In this document: one piece after another, positions 49,570 to 59,038 of the stretch
How the letters are laid out: the number at the start of each line of letters is the position of its first letter
Numbering within the stretch: position 1 is the first letter of the stretch
Assembly: GCA_020060565.1 (NCBI GenBank)
Contig: JAGVAE010000002.1
Coordinates: forward strand, 243,270 to 307,269
Length of the DNA stretch: 64,000 nucleotides
Source: Candidatus Woesebacteria bacterium
GTDB taxonomy: Bacteria; Patescibacteriota; Microgenomatia; UBA8517
Direction: 5' to 3'
Translations under genes and position numbers: made by a program
The notes under the pieces: model-generated
Seen by the model: the letters and a program-made list of their open reading frames with translations, nothing else
What the model was told of the DNA's origin: nothing
The model's database searches: none

Positions 49570-50715
49570 TTATTTGTTGTATTCTGCGAGGGATGCTTTT
49601 TTGGAAATGGCAAATGCACCCATTCCTACAAGGAGGGCGACGAAGCTTGTGATGCCTCCAATTACGGGAACTATGGTGAGAACTACATAGATTAAAAGTG
49701 CTAAAGCATAACTAAGATATGGAGATTTGTTTGGTAATATCTTTGTCCCAAATGCAAATAGTGCAAAGATCTGAGCTAAATAAAGCATAACAAAATAAAG
49801 AACAAGTGTAATTAGAGCTATGGGGGCTCCAACTATTGTGATAAGAAGGATGATAAATAAGACTGGTGTCAAAAAGACTATTGCAAAGCCAATTCCCATA
49901 GACTTCCAAAAGTCAGATTTAACCACATCTGAGGTTTTAAACATAAACTTCTTGGAAAGCTTGATAAGAAGCATTCCACAAAGAAGGAGCGAAAGCATTC
50001 CAATTACCTTTCCTCCAAGCCCCACCACTCCCGCCATCTCTTTCATTTTGTTAAGATTGTTTTTCTGAGCATCAATATTAACAGGCATCTTATGTTCAAT
50101 TGTTTGTCCCTTAACTACTGAGGTTTGAGAAAGGGTTGGTTTTGTATCACTCCAGTATTCAAATTTACCTGCAATGTTTGCCTTTTCACTTAAGGTGATT
50201 TGTCCTGCTATTGCATCGAAATCTTTTAAGGCTTTACCGTTTAGTATTACTTCTCCTCCTGCCAAATCTACGTTGTCATTAATTTGTCCTTGGATATTAA
50301 TTCTTCCTCCCACTCCAACCAATGATCCTACAACGACTGCTTTATCACCAATTGTAATTTCTCCTCCAAGAACTGAAAGATTTTTACCTACTCTTCCTTT
50401 TACTGTAACCTGTCCTCCAACTACTCTTATATCTTCTCTAACATTTCCTGAGATTTCTACACTTCCACCTGCCACCAAAAGATCGCCATTAATGTTTCCA
50501 TCAATTAAAACTTTTCCTCCTGCTACATATGTGTCACCATTTACAGTTCCTGAAACATTCACATCTTCTCCATATGCAAAATATGGGTTGTGGGTAATGA
50601 TCTTTCCTTTTTCAAGTGAAACACTTTTTTGAATAGTGTCTTGTGCAGCTACCTTAAAAGGAAGTACTAAAACAACAAGTGTGGTAAGTAGTAGAGTAGA
50701 TAACAGTTTTTTCAT
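49570..50715 (-). CDS. secreted beta-helical repeat protein (bactofilin/DUF583-like repeats) with C-terminal polytopic membrane anchor
   Basis: A signal peptide is followed by about 8 repeats of GxVxGDxxVxGG type (VNGDTYVAGGKVLIDGNINGDLLVAGGSVEISGNV...). Then come about 4 TM helices. Confidence 0.45.
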   Translation of the reverse strand: MKKLLSTLLLTTLVVLVLPFKVAAQDTIQKSVSLEKGKIITHNPYFAYGEDVNVSGTVNGDTYVAGGKVLIDGNINGDLLVAGGSVEISGNVREDIRVVGGQVTVKGRVGKNLSVLGGEITIGDKAVVVGSLVGVGGRINIQGQINDNVDLAGGEVILNGKALKDFDAIAGQITLSEKANIAGKFEYWSDTKPTLSQTSVVKGQTIEHKMPVNIDAQKNNLNKMKEMAGVVGLGGKVIGMLSLLLCGMLLIKLSKKFMFKTSDVVKSDFWKSMGIGFAIVFLTPVLFIILLITIVGAPIALITLVLYFVMLYLAQIFALFAFGTKILPNKSPYLSYALALLIYVVLTIVPVIGGITSFVALLVGMGAFAISKKASLAEYNK

Positions 50716-50767
50716 ACATAATAATGGTAATACACATATTTTTTGCGGTCAATATATAATTGGTCAA

Positions 50768-51382
50768 ATGCTTGGAACAAATATTTTGGAAGAGGTGGGG
50801 TCAAAATATAATGGAACCTTGAGGGTTGTGAGAAGTTTTGGATTGGGAACTTATATTCAATCAGATGGATTAACTCAGTCTGGTGGAATTGTAGAGACCT
50901 TTTGGAAGCAGACTTTAAAACGAATTAAAAATTCAAAATTTAAAATTAAAAATTGTCTAGTCCTTGGTCTTGGTGGGGGAACTGTAGTAAAAATTATTAG
51001 GAAACTTTGGCCTGAGGCTAAAATTACAGGAATCGATATTGATCCTTTAATGGTTGAGCTTGGAAAGAAATATTTGGGACTGGATGAAACAAACCTTGAA
51101 ATAAAAATCCAGGATGCAGCAAAACCAATTCCTGGTAAGTTCTATCTGGTAGTTGTGGATTTATATCAGGGTGACAACTTTCCAAAAAAGTTCGAAAGCT
51201 CTGAGTTCAGTAGACTAGTCCACGGATATGTATCTAAGAAGGGGATCGTTATTTTTAATAGGCTTTATTACAAAGAAAAGAAAAAAATGGCTGAAGAATT
51301 TGGGGAAAAGCTTAAAGATGTTTTTAAGAATGTTCAGTATTATTACCCCGAGGCTAACATAATGTTTTTCTGCTACAATTAG
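50768..51382 (+). CDS. spermidine synthase-like SAM-dependent methyltransferase-fold protein
   Basis: VLGLGGGTVVKIIRKLWPEAKITGIDIDPLMVELGKKY and VVVDLYQGD resemble the spermine/spermidine synthase family. The ATG at 50768 avoids overlap with the convergent gene. Confidence 0.5.
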   Translation: MLGTNILEEVGSKYNGTLRVVRSFGLGTYIQSDGLTQSGGIVETFWKQTLKRIKNSKFKIKNCLVLGLGGGTVVKIIRKLWPEAKITGIDIDPLMVELGKKYLGLDETNLEIKIQDAAKPIPGKFYLVVVDLYQGDNFPKKFESSEFSRLVHGYVSKKGIVIFNRLYYKEKKKMAEEFGEKLKDVFKNVQYYYPEANIMFFCYN

Positions 51383-51387
51383 AAGTT

Positions 51388-54048
51388 ATGAATATATTTA
51401 GTAAGATTCTTGATCTTAATGCTAGAGAGATTGGTAGACTTCAGAAAGTAGTTGAAAAAATAAATTCTTTTGAAAGTAGTACTAAAAAGTTGAAAGATTC
51501 TGATTTTAAGAAAAAAACGGAAGAGTTTAAAAAACGTTTGGAAAAAGGAGAATCTTTAGATGATATGCTTCCTGAGGCATATGCTTTAGTTCGTGAAGCA
51601 TCGTGGAGAGTTTTGGGTAAAAGGCATTTTGATGTTCAAATGATGGCTGCTACTGCTCTTTTTGAAGGAAAAGTTGCTGAACAAAAAACTGGAGAAGGTA
51701 AAACCCTGTCTGCTGTCCCCGCGCTTTATCTTAGAGCTCTCACGGGGCGTGGTGTCCATTTGGTTACTGTTAATGATTACCTAGCCAGGCGTGATGCTGG
51801 ATGGAACGGACCCGTATTTCATCTTTTAGGGCTTACCATAGGGTCAATTATTCAGGAAACAAAATCGTTTATTTTTGATCCAGATTTTAATGATTCAAGC
51901 CATGGAGATGAAAGACTTGCACATTTAAAACCGAGTGACAGAAAGGAAGCATATGGTTGCGACATTCTTTATGGAACCAATAATGAATTTGGTTTTGATT
52001 ATTTGAGGGATAACATGGTTTCCTCTTTGGCTGAGATGGTGCAAAGAGGACACTACTTTGCAATAGTTGATGAGGTTGATTCTATCTTAATTGATGAGGC
52101 CCGTACCCCACTTATTATTTCAGCACCTGATACAGAACCAACTCAGAAATATTACAAATTTGCATCCCTGGTTGAGAAACTTAATTCAGATACAGATTTT
52201 AAAATTGATGAAAAAGCTAAGAGCGCAACTCTAACGGAGACAGGAATTACTCGAGTAGAAAAGATACTCGGAGTTGATAATCTATATGAGAAAGATTTTG
52301 ACTCAATTCATCATATAGAAAATGCCTTAAGGGCAAAGACTCTTTATATGAAAGATAAGGATTACGTTGTTAAAGATAACCAGGTAACAATCGTAGATGA
52401 ATTTACAGGACGTCTCATGGTAGGGCGCCGCTGGAGTGATGGACTTCATCAGGCTGTTGAGGCAAAGGAAAATGTAACTATTCAACAAGAAAGTAAAACT
52501 CTAGCAACTATTTCATTCCAGAATTACTTCAGAATGTATGAACACTTAAGCGGTATGACGGGAACTGCTGCAACAGAAGCTGAGGAATTTAGAAAAATAT
52601 ATAAATTGGATGTTGTGGTTATTCCAACTCACAGGGATATGGTTAGAAAAGACTTACCTGACACTATTTACAAAACCTTGCGTGGTAAATATGGTGCAAT
52701 AGTTGAAGATATTGGAGAACTCCACAAGAAAGGTCAGCCGGTTTTGGTGGGTACTACTTCAATTGAAAAGAATGAAATAATTTCTGAATATTTAAAAAGA
52801 AAAAAGATTCCTCACAATGTTTTAAATGCAAAGAACCACGAAAGGGAAGCAGAAATTATTGCTGAAGCAGGGAAGCCTGGAGCTGTAACAGTTGCTACCA
52901 ACATGGCAGGACGTGGAGTTGATATTGTTTTGGGAGGGGCGGAAGGGAAAGAGCGTGAGAAAGTGGTGGGAGCAGGAGGACTCCATGTAATAGGAACGGA
53001 AAGGCATGAAGCAAGACGTGTAGACAATCAGTTAAGGGGTCGTGCGGGACGACAGGGGGACCCTGGAAGTTCTCGCTTTTATCTTTCTTTGGAGGACGAT
53101 CTTATGAGAATTTTCGGTGGGGAACAAATTAGTGGAATTATGGACAAACTGAGTCTTCCCGAGGATCAGCCGATTGAAAATGGACTTATTAGCCGTGCCA
53201 TTGAACAAGCTCAAGTAAAAGTAGAAGGATTTCATTTTGATATAAGAAAACGTTTGGTTGAATTTGATGATGTTGCCAATCAACAAAGGGAAATTATTTA
53301 CACACTAAGGCGCAGAATTCTTGATTCAGGAGATGTTAAGGAAGAGGTTGTTGGAAAACTGAAACATCAAATAGAAAAAGCAGTTAATCTAGAAATAGAT
53401 TTATCAATTGCTCTTGCTGAGATAGTTCCTTTTGATGATGCTTCACTCAAACGTATAAAAAGTGAGATTGAAAAACAGGAGAACAAACAAGAATTTTTGG
53501 AAAAAGTATTAATGGATATTTATGAAAAAAGGGAAAAAGATGTGGGAGAAAAGACAATGCGCGAAGTTGAAAAGTATGCATATTTAGGTTCTATTGATCA
53601 TCTTTGGATGGATCACATTGATCGCATTGATGATTTAAGAGAAGGGGTGACTCTTCGTGCATATGGACAAAGGGATCCTTTAGTTGAGTTTAAGAATGAG
53701 GCATATAACATGTTTGAAACTTTGGTGGATAAAGTTGATGAGGAATTGTCTCATAGAATTTTTAGAATAGGTGTCGCCATCCCACAACCTGAAATTCCAT
53801 TAAATCTTGCAAGAGAAAATATTGATCAATCTGATAGTACTGGTTTGGTTGAGCCATCTAACCACTCAGCCATTAAACCATCTCTCAAACTTGGTCGCAA
53901 CGATCCATGTTGGTGTGGGTCTGGTAAAAAATGGAAAAAGTGCCATATAAATTCTGTACCACAGAGTGGACAAGAAAAGTATTTATTTGATCTATACATT
54001 TCAGACCATAAGAAATGGGAGGATGAAGTTAAGAAACTAAAAAGTTAA
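51388..54048 (+). CDS. secA: preprotein translocase ATPase SecA (with about 33-aa tail after the C-terminal zinc-binding motif)
   Basis: DEAD-like motor motifs and the C-terminal CWCGSGKKWKKCH zinc finger are present. An extra ...INSVPQSGQEKYLFDLYISDHKKWEDEVKKLKS tail follows. Confidence 0.9.
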   Translation: MNIFSKILDLNAREIGRLQKVVEKINSFESSTKKLKDSDFKKKTEEFKKRLEKGESLDDMLPEAYALVREASWRVLGKRHFDVQMMAATALFEGKVAEQKTGEGKTLSAVPALYLRALTGRGVHLVTVNDYLARRDAGWNGPVFHLLGLTIGSIIQETKSFIFDPDFNDSSHGDERLAHLKPSDRKEAYGCDILYGTNNEFGFDYLRDNMVSSLAEMVQRGHYFAIVDEVDSILIDEARTPLIISAPDTEPTQKYYKFASLVEKLNSDTDFKIDEKAKSATLTETGITRVEKILGVDNLYEKDFDSIHHIENALRAKTLYMKDKDYVVKDNQVTIVDEFTGRLMVGRRWSDGLHQAVEAKENVTIQQESKTLATISFQNYFRMYEHLSGMTGTAATEAEEFRKIYKLDVVVIPTHRDMVRKDLPDTIYKTLRGKYGAIVEDIGELHKKGQPVLVGTTSIEKNEIISEYLKRKKIPHNVLNAKNHEREAEIIAEAGKPGAVTVATNMAGRGVDIVLGGAEGKEREKVVGAGGLHVIGTERHEARRVDNQLRGRAGRQGDPGSSRFYLSLEDDLMRIFGGEQISGIMDKLSLPEDQPIENGLISRAIEQAQVKVEGFHFDIRKRLVEFDDVANQQREIIYTLRRRILDSGDVKEEVVGKLKHQIEKAVNLEIDLSIALAEIVPFDDASLKRIKSEIEKQENKQEFLEKVLMDIYEKREKDVGEKTMREVEKYAYLGSIDHLWMDHIDRIDDLREGVTLRAYGQRDPLVEFKNEAYNMFETLVDKVDEELSHRIFRIGVAIPQPEIPLNLARENIDQSDSTGLVEPSNHSAIKPSLKLGRNDPCWCGSGKKWKKCHINSVPQSGQEKYLFDLYISDHKKWEDEVKKLKS

Positions 54049-54056
54049 TCTCTACT

Positions 54057-55640
54057 TTATTCGGAAAAATAGACATTAATCTCGTTATTACCTGCTTCTA
54101 CTTTTTCTAACACGGTTCTCAAAAATTGTTTCTTTCCGAGGAAATCTAAAGTCTTCCAAAACCCGTCAAAGTCTTTGACTGCTTTCCATATTTTTTGTTT
54201 ATCTATCTTTTGTGTTTTTTGATTTTCTTGTCCCTCCGAATATTTTGTCTTCTCCGCAAGTAAATCTTTTTCCAGTTCTCTTAGACGACCTATAGCTTCA
54301 CCATATTCTTCAATATTTATTAACTCTCTTTCAAATGCCTCTTGTTGCTTTTGCCTCATGATTGGAATTTTACTTAATTCTTTTTCAACTCTGTCTAAAG
54401 GAGACTTTCTAGTCTTGGCATCTAAAGGTTTGGACGTTTCTTCGCTTATCAATCTTCTCATGGCAGGGCTGTTAAAGTAATTCCTGACTTGAGAAATAAC
54501 AGAATTTTCTAATTTACTTGCACTCATTACCCTCTGTTGACATTTGATTTTGCCATACATAGTGCCTCCACAACGGTATTCAGCTGTCTCGATATCTTTC
54601 CAATTGGGATTTCTTTTTGAATTTTTGATTCTGCGTTTACAGTAAGTAACACCATTTCCACACCTAATACATTTTGCTATTCCTGTAAGTAACCCCTTGG
54701 ACATTTGAGCCTTACCCTTATATGTTGTTCCTCTTTCTTTTAGGACTTTTTGGACACTCTCAAACAATTTCTCATCCACAATAGGTTTATGAATACCTTT
54801 AACTTCAATTCCTTCATGACCTCTCAACTTTTTTTGCTTTGAAACTTCATAATCTGCATGTCTCCATCCCCACCTCACATATCCAGCGTATGTTTTATTT
54901 CTCAGAATGTAAGAGATTACTTGTGAACTCCAATACGAACCTTTCTTAGGAGGTGTTACTCCTTCCTCGTTAAATCGTAAGGCAATAGTTCTTTTACCAG
55001 CACCAGCCTCACTCATTTGGAAGATTCTTCTTACGGTCTCAGCTTTCTCTTCCTCAACCTCAACCGATCTCAGTACTTTACCGTGTTCATCAAGCGAACG
55101 AACAATTTTATAACCATAAGGAACTTGATTAGGAATCTTGCCATTTGCAGCGATAGCGTTTTTAGCAAGCATCATACGTCTTCTAATTTTGTTACGCTCG
55201 ATTTCGCTCATAACGTCACTTACGCCTTCTACAACCAATCCAAGGTCATCATCTATCGGATCGTATTTCTTCGGGTCTCTAGGTTCAATAGGCGTTGCCA
55301 GAGAGTATGTTTGAATATATTGTCGTTTTAATGCATCTCTAATTTGTGAAGCTTTTACTTTTGAACGAGCAAGTCGGTCAAAATCTTTGACAACTACAAG
55401 ATCAAATTTGCCCGCTCTTGCGTCTGCTAATAAATTCTGCAAACCTGGTCTTTCCTCTAAAAGGTGTCCAGATATACCAGCATCTTGATATTCACATACA
55501 ATCTTCCAACCTCGCTCAATACATATCTTTTTACATGCTCCCAATTGTTCTTCTAATGACGTTTTATCTTCTTTGGCTTGTTCTTGAGTAGAGACTCTTG
55601 TGTAAATAACTGCTCGTATGTGGCCTGTAGTTTCATTCAT
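54057..55640 (-). CDS. large serine recombinase (resolvase/invertase-family integrase with recombinase domain and zinc ribbon)
   Basis: The N-terminal resolvase catalytic domain is AVIYTRVSTQEQ. Recombinase and Cys-rich zinc-ribbon regions (CIRCGNGVTYCKRR...C) follow. The ATG at about 55640 (MNETTGH) was chosen. Confidence 0.8.
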   Translation of the reverse strand: MNETTGHIRAVIYTRVSTQEQAKEDKTSLEEQLGACKKICIERGWKIVCEYQDAGISGHLLEERPGLQNLLADARAGKFDLVVVKDFDRLARSKVKASQIRDALKRQYIQTYSLATPIEPRDPKKYDPIDDDLGLVVEGVSDVMSEIERNKIRRRMMLAKNAIAANGKIPNQVPYGYKIVRSLDEHGKVLRSVEVEEEKAETVRRIFQMSEAGAGKRTIALRFNEEGVTPPKKGSYWSSQVISYILRNKTYAGYVRWGWRHADYEVSKQKKLRGHEGIEVKGIHKPIVDEKLFESVQKVLKERGTTYKGKAQMSKGLLTGIAKCIRCGNGVTYCKRRIKNSKRNPNWKDIETAEYRCGGTMYGKIKCQQRVMSASKLENSVISQVRNYFNSPAMRRLISEETSKPLDAKTRKSPLDRVEKELSKIPIMRQKQQEAFERELINIEEYGEAIGRLRELEKDLLAEKTKYSEGQENQKTQKIDKQKIWKAVKDFDGFWKTLDFLGKKQFLRTVLEKVEAGNNEINVYFSE

Positions 55641-55719
55641 ATTTATATTTTTAATTTTAGTGTGGTACAGGCAAGAATACAACCTTGACAAATAACCAGC
55701 ACAGTTATAGATTTAAGTT

Positions 55720-55743
55720 AATTAGTCTCAGCCGACTAATTAG
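55720..55743. repeat. perfect 9-bp-arm inverted repeat TAATTAGTC-tcagcc-GACTAATTA in the integrase upstream region
   Basis: The repeat was seen directly in the sequence. It lies downstream of a TTGACA-like hexamer at 55686. Confidence 0.7.
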
Positions 55744-55828
55744 AGTTTTCAAGGTAACTACCTAATAAACAAAAAGGAGGAGAGGCCTCCTAACCAAAAG
55801 GTTAAAGCTTCATAAGCACCACTTGTCG

Positions 55829-55856
55829 GCTCAGCGGAAACGCTGGGCTTTTTTAG
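55829..55856 (+). terminator. hairpin GCUCAGCG-GAAA-CGCUGGGC plus UUUUUU (rho-independent terminator-like), preceded by a GAGGCCUC hairpin; possible small RNA 3' end
   Basis: The stem and loop were seen directly in the sequence. No upstream + strand CDS is present. Confidence 0.4.
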
Positions 55857-56032
55857 TGCTTATGAAAATAAAGGTAGTTATCAAACGGAAACCAAAAGTT
55901 GAAACCTTGCAGAAGGCTTTGAGTTTGTCGTTGGGATATCTACGCTCTCAATTGGAAAATTCCGATCTCCAAGTAGTTAAACCTACTGGTAGTTGAGAAA
56001 TTTTATCCTGTCCATAACAAACACAAAGCAAT

Positions 56033-56293
56033 ATGAACAATACGCAAAACAATACTTTCCAATCAACCGATCTCACATTTGTAGCATCCTGCCTACTTGT
56101 TAATAACGATATCCAGTTAATTGCTGTTACCCAGGATCATAAGGGAATTAGGGTTTTCCATCTTTCTCCAATCGGTAAAGTAAAGGGTTTACAAGTTAAT
56201 TATTCCCGTGGGGAAATTCTACTTTCTCCACTTGCTCTAGCTAATCAAATTAGGCAATTAAAAACCTGGCCAGTTACTAACTATGACTATTGA
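56033..56293 (+). CDS. DUF5659-like small phage/mobile-element protein
   Basis: FQSTDLTFVASCLLVNNDIQLIAV...GIRVFHL...LANQIRQLK matches the recalled DUF5659 pattern (TDLYLAxxLLxKGxxL...RVxFxF...FAxALxxLK). Confidence 0.45.
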   Translation: MNNTQNNTFQSTDLTFVASCLLVNNDIQLIAVTQDHKGIRVFHLSPIGKVKGLQVNYSRGEILLSPLALANQIRQLKTWPVTNYDY

Positions 56294-57968
56294 AGAATAT
56301 TTTAGAGAACACAGCTTAAAAGAAGAAACAGCCAAACAATTTGGTTGGACTTGGAATGATAATGTAATTACTATTCCTATTTGTGACCCAGATGGTAACC
56401 TTCTCTACAATCGCTACAGACACCTAAATTACCAAGAAGAGAAAGCTAAGGGTAATCCAAGGGCATCTAAATTCTCAACTGACCCTGGTTCTCATCCTGC
56501 CTTATATGCTGTACATCTCGTTAAAGAAAAAGATACTGTTGTTCTGTGTGAAGGAGAACCAGATTGTGTAAGGCTTTGGCAGGAAGGTATACCGTCTGTG
56601 TGTGGAACTTCTGGGGTTAGAACTGTTGATAAAAAATTTACTTTACCACTAAGAGGAAAGAAAGTATTAATTGTTTTGGATACTGATGAAGATGGCCTTG
56701 AATCTATTGAGAAGTATTACAACATTCTTGTTGAGATCGGAGCAGAACCTTATATAAAGGAAATCCCACCTGAATATAAAGATGTGAGTGAGTATTTTAC
56801 CAATAGTCATACAGGCGAAGACTTTCTGAATCTTACTGAACTTGATTTAGATGATTGGCATATAAAACACGAGCCAGAAGAATTTAAGTGGGAATCTGCT
56901 GCTGATATTAGACAAAAAGAATTGCCAAAGGAAAAGTGGCTTGTTAACAAAGCTATTCCAATAGAGGGATTTACATTTTTTATAGGGCCAGAGGCTTCTA
57001 GCAAGTCGTACCAGTCACTTTCTATTGCGAAATGTGTTGTCACTGGTGAGCCATGGCTGCCCCAAAAACAAGACGAAAATGGTCAGCCTCTATTTAGGGT
57101 ACTTAAAAGAACTAGGGTTTTAATAATGGATAAAGAGTCAACCAAGCGTAGGATTCAAGATAGGTTGAGAGGATATGACATAAACACCAAGGACATTGAG
57201 TTTCTGGCTTATCCACAGAAGTTTGAGATTGCAGAAGTAAACAATACCAGAGAGGCTACAGAGTCAGGATATACTAAATTTTTTGAAAATCTTGCTATTA
57301 AAGTCAAAAAAAATGGTGTTGGGTTAATTATTCTTGACTCGTTTACGGACTTTTTTATTGGTGAAGAAAATGATAGAGGACATGTCCAAAAATTTTTTGA
57401 TTCCTTCCGCCAGATGTTTCCAGGAATAGCTATACTTTGTTTACATCATTCTTCAAAAATGCAACCTGGACAAAGAAAGCCAACATCTCAACTGGGTAGA
57501 GGTTCAACAAATATTATGGCTCAAGCATATACAGCCTTTCATTTTGAGCCTATCCGTAAGTCAAAGACTGAATTTACCGTGGAGCAAACCAAAGCTGGAG
57601 ATTCTTTAAAGCTAAATAAGTTTAAGATTGAATCTCAAATTATAAATGACCCGCTGAATAAAGGTGAGACATTGGTAACGAGCTTCGTATATTTATGTGA
57701 AGTGGATGATAAAACAGAGATTACAAGTGAGGCTTTTGATAAAGCAAAGGAAATTTTAGAAGCTGAAGGAAAAATGTTCAGAAAAGAGTTTGAATCTGAA
57801 ATGAAAGCCGAAGGCTATTCACCAAAGACTGTTACAAATATATTAAAGAGGCTGAAAGATGACGGTTTAATTAAAACAGATAGGAGTAAAGTTGAGGGGA
57901 GAACTAAAGAGATAGAGATTACTTGGCAATATGAAGGTGAAGTTGTTACAGATGATTTAGGTTTATAA
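56283..57968 (+). CDS. primase-helicase-like replication protein (TOPRIM domain plus RepA/AAA_25-like ATPase)
   Basis: The TOPRIM motif is VVLCEGEPDCVRLW..., followed by DTDEDG. The C-terminal P-loop region FIGPEASSKSYQSLSIA has a deviant Walker A, and Walker B-like VLIMDKES and LIILDSF are present. Confidence 0.65.
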   Translation: MTIEEYFREHSLKEETAKQFGWTWNDNVITIPICDPDGNLLYNRYRHLNYQEEKAKGNPRASKFSTDPGSHPALYAVHLVKEKDTVVLCEGEPDCVRLWQEGIPSVCGTSGVRTVDKKFTLPLRGKKVLIVLDTDEDGLESIEKYYNILVEIGAEPYIKEIPPEYKDVSEYFTNSHTGEDFLNLTELDLDDWHIKHEPEEFKWESAADIRQKELPKEKWLVNKAIPIEGFTFFIGPEASSKSYQSLSIAKCVVTGEPWLPQKQDENGQPLFRVLKRTRVLIMDKESTKRRIQDRLRGYDINTKDIEFLAYPQKFEIAEVNNTREATESGYTKFFENLAIKVKKNGVGLIILDSFTDFFIGEENDRGHVQKFFDSFRQMFPGIAILCLHHSSKMQPGQRKPTSQLGRGSTNIMAQAYTAFHFEPIRKSKTEFTVEQTKAGDSLKLNKFKIESQIINDPLNKGETLVTSFVYLCEVDDKTEITSEAFDKAKEILEAEGKMFRKEFESEMKAEGYSPKTVTNILKRLKDDGLIKTDRSKVEGRTKEIEITWQYEGEVVTDDLGL

Positions 57969-58081
57969 CATTAGCAATAGTCGTGGTAACGTTGCCAATG
58001 TTTTTACTTGAGGCTAAATGGGGATGGTTAGTATTCGTTTTGGCATTTTGCTTGGTAAAAAGAAAGTTACTTTGGCACATT

Positions 58082-58103
58082 GGCATATACATATGTATAT
58101 GCC
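58082..58103. repeat. perfect 22-bp palindrome GGCATATACATATGTATATGCC within an imperfect palindrome of about 45 bp
   Basis: The palindrome was seen directly. It lies in the 513-bp AT-rich non-coding region between the primase-helicase gene and the XRE repressor gene. Confidence 0.85.
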
Positions 58104-58481
58104 ATGTGATTACCAAAGTAATCTTTACTCCAAATTTTCTTTTATTTGGAAAATTTTTGTGAGATATGGCGAGCAAGGAACAAATAGTGTGTGGCTGTAG
58201 ACTACTTATATTTTCTGTCCAGCCCCACCCCCATGTATTTTCTAATTACCCAGAGACATATCAAATAAAGATGTACTGGTAGGTATTTCTTGTAAGATGG
58301 GTGGAGTATCTGTGTTTAAAATTTATTGTGCAAGCTTGAGATGGGGGGGAGACGTGTGATTTATTCAGAAATTTAGAGAAGGGGTAGCAAGGCGAGTGAA
58401 TAACCCCTACCGATAGGAAATAGCCCTTTTCTACAGCACAAAATGGCAATTTCGTCCACTACTATAAATGTTTTACCTAAT

Positions 58482-58715
58482 TTAGAAAGGAAGAATATCA
58501 GATGATTTTACATTAAGTACTTTAACTACTTTATAGAAAACTCCTAGCGAAGGGTTTACTTCGCCCCTTTCTATCTTGCTGTAATAGCTTGAATTGATAC
58601 CGACACGCACAGCAACCTCAACCTGAGTTTGTTGCTGATCCTCTCGTACTTTTTTGATTCTTCTTCCAATCTCCTTCCTAATATTGGTTGTAATGTAGTA
58701 ATCAGCCATTAGCAC
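58482..58715 (-). CDS. XRE-family helix-turn-helix transcriptional regulator (Cro/CI-like)
   Basis: The HTH_3 pattern is QQQTQVEVAVRVGINSSYYSKIERGEVNPSLGVFYKVVKVL. Confidence 0.75.
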   Translation of the reverse strand: MLMADYYITTNIRKEIGRRIKKVREDQQQTQVEVAVRVGINSSYYSKIERGEVNPSLGVFYKVVKVLNVKSSDILPF

Positions 58716-58789
58716 TATTGTGCTAGAAATGATACAATTAGACTGTCTTTATAGTGCTAATTTAGCCTCAGTCTCAAGGCTAAAAAGTT

Positions 58790-59038
58790 TTGGCTCTGAA
58801 GGCAAAATTTATGAGAAATCTAATCAAAAATAAAAAGCAACAGTTCATCTGGGTAGCCACATTTTTATTTTTGTTTTACACAAATGCACCTTTCGTTTTT
58901 GCTTTTTGTGTACTTATGGGAGCTATCGCCTTGTCGTGGATTTTTTCTGATCGGATAACCATGAAAGAGCTTAGGAAACAGATGAGGGAATCTGAGAGAT
59001 GGGAAGTAAAAAGACAAAAGTTTATTACTGGAAAATGA
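58790..59038 (+). CDS. hypothetical small membrane protein
   Basis: The 82 aa product has two TM helices and lies divergent from the XRE gene. Confidence 0.35.
   Translation: MALKAKFMRNLIKNKKQQFIWVATFLFLFYTNAPFVFAFCVLMGAIALSWIFSDRITMKELRKQMRESERWEVKRQKFITGK

Noticed and set aside
57946-58449. Track ORFs 57946-58176(-), 58018-58200(+) and 58261-58449(-)
   Set aside because: They are short and overlap each other. They lack RBSs and lie in a palindrome-rich AT-rich region that is better explained as origin or operator DNA.
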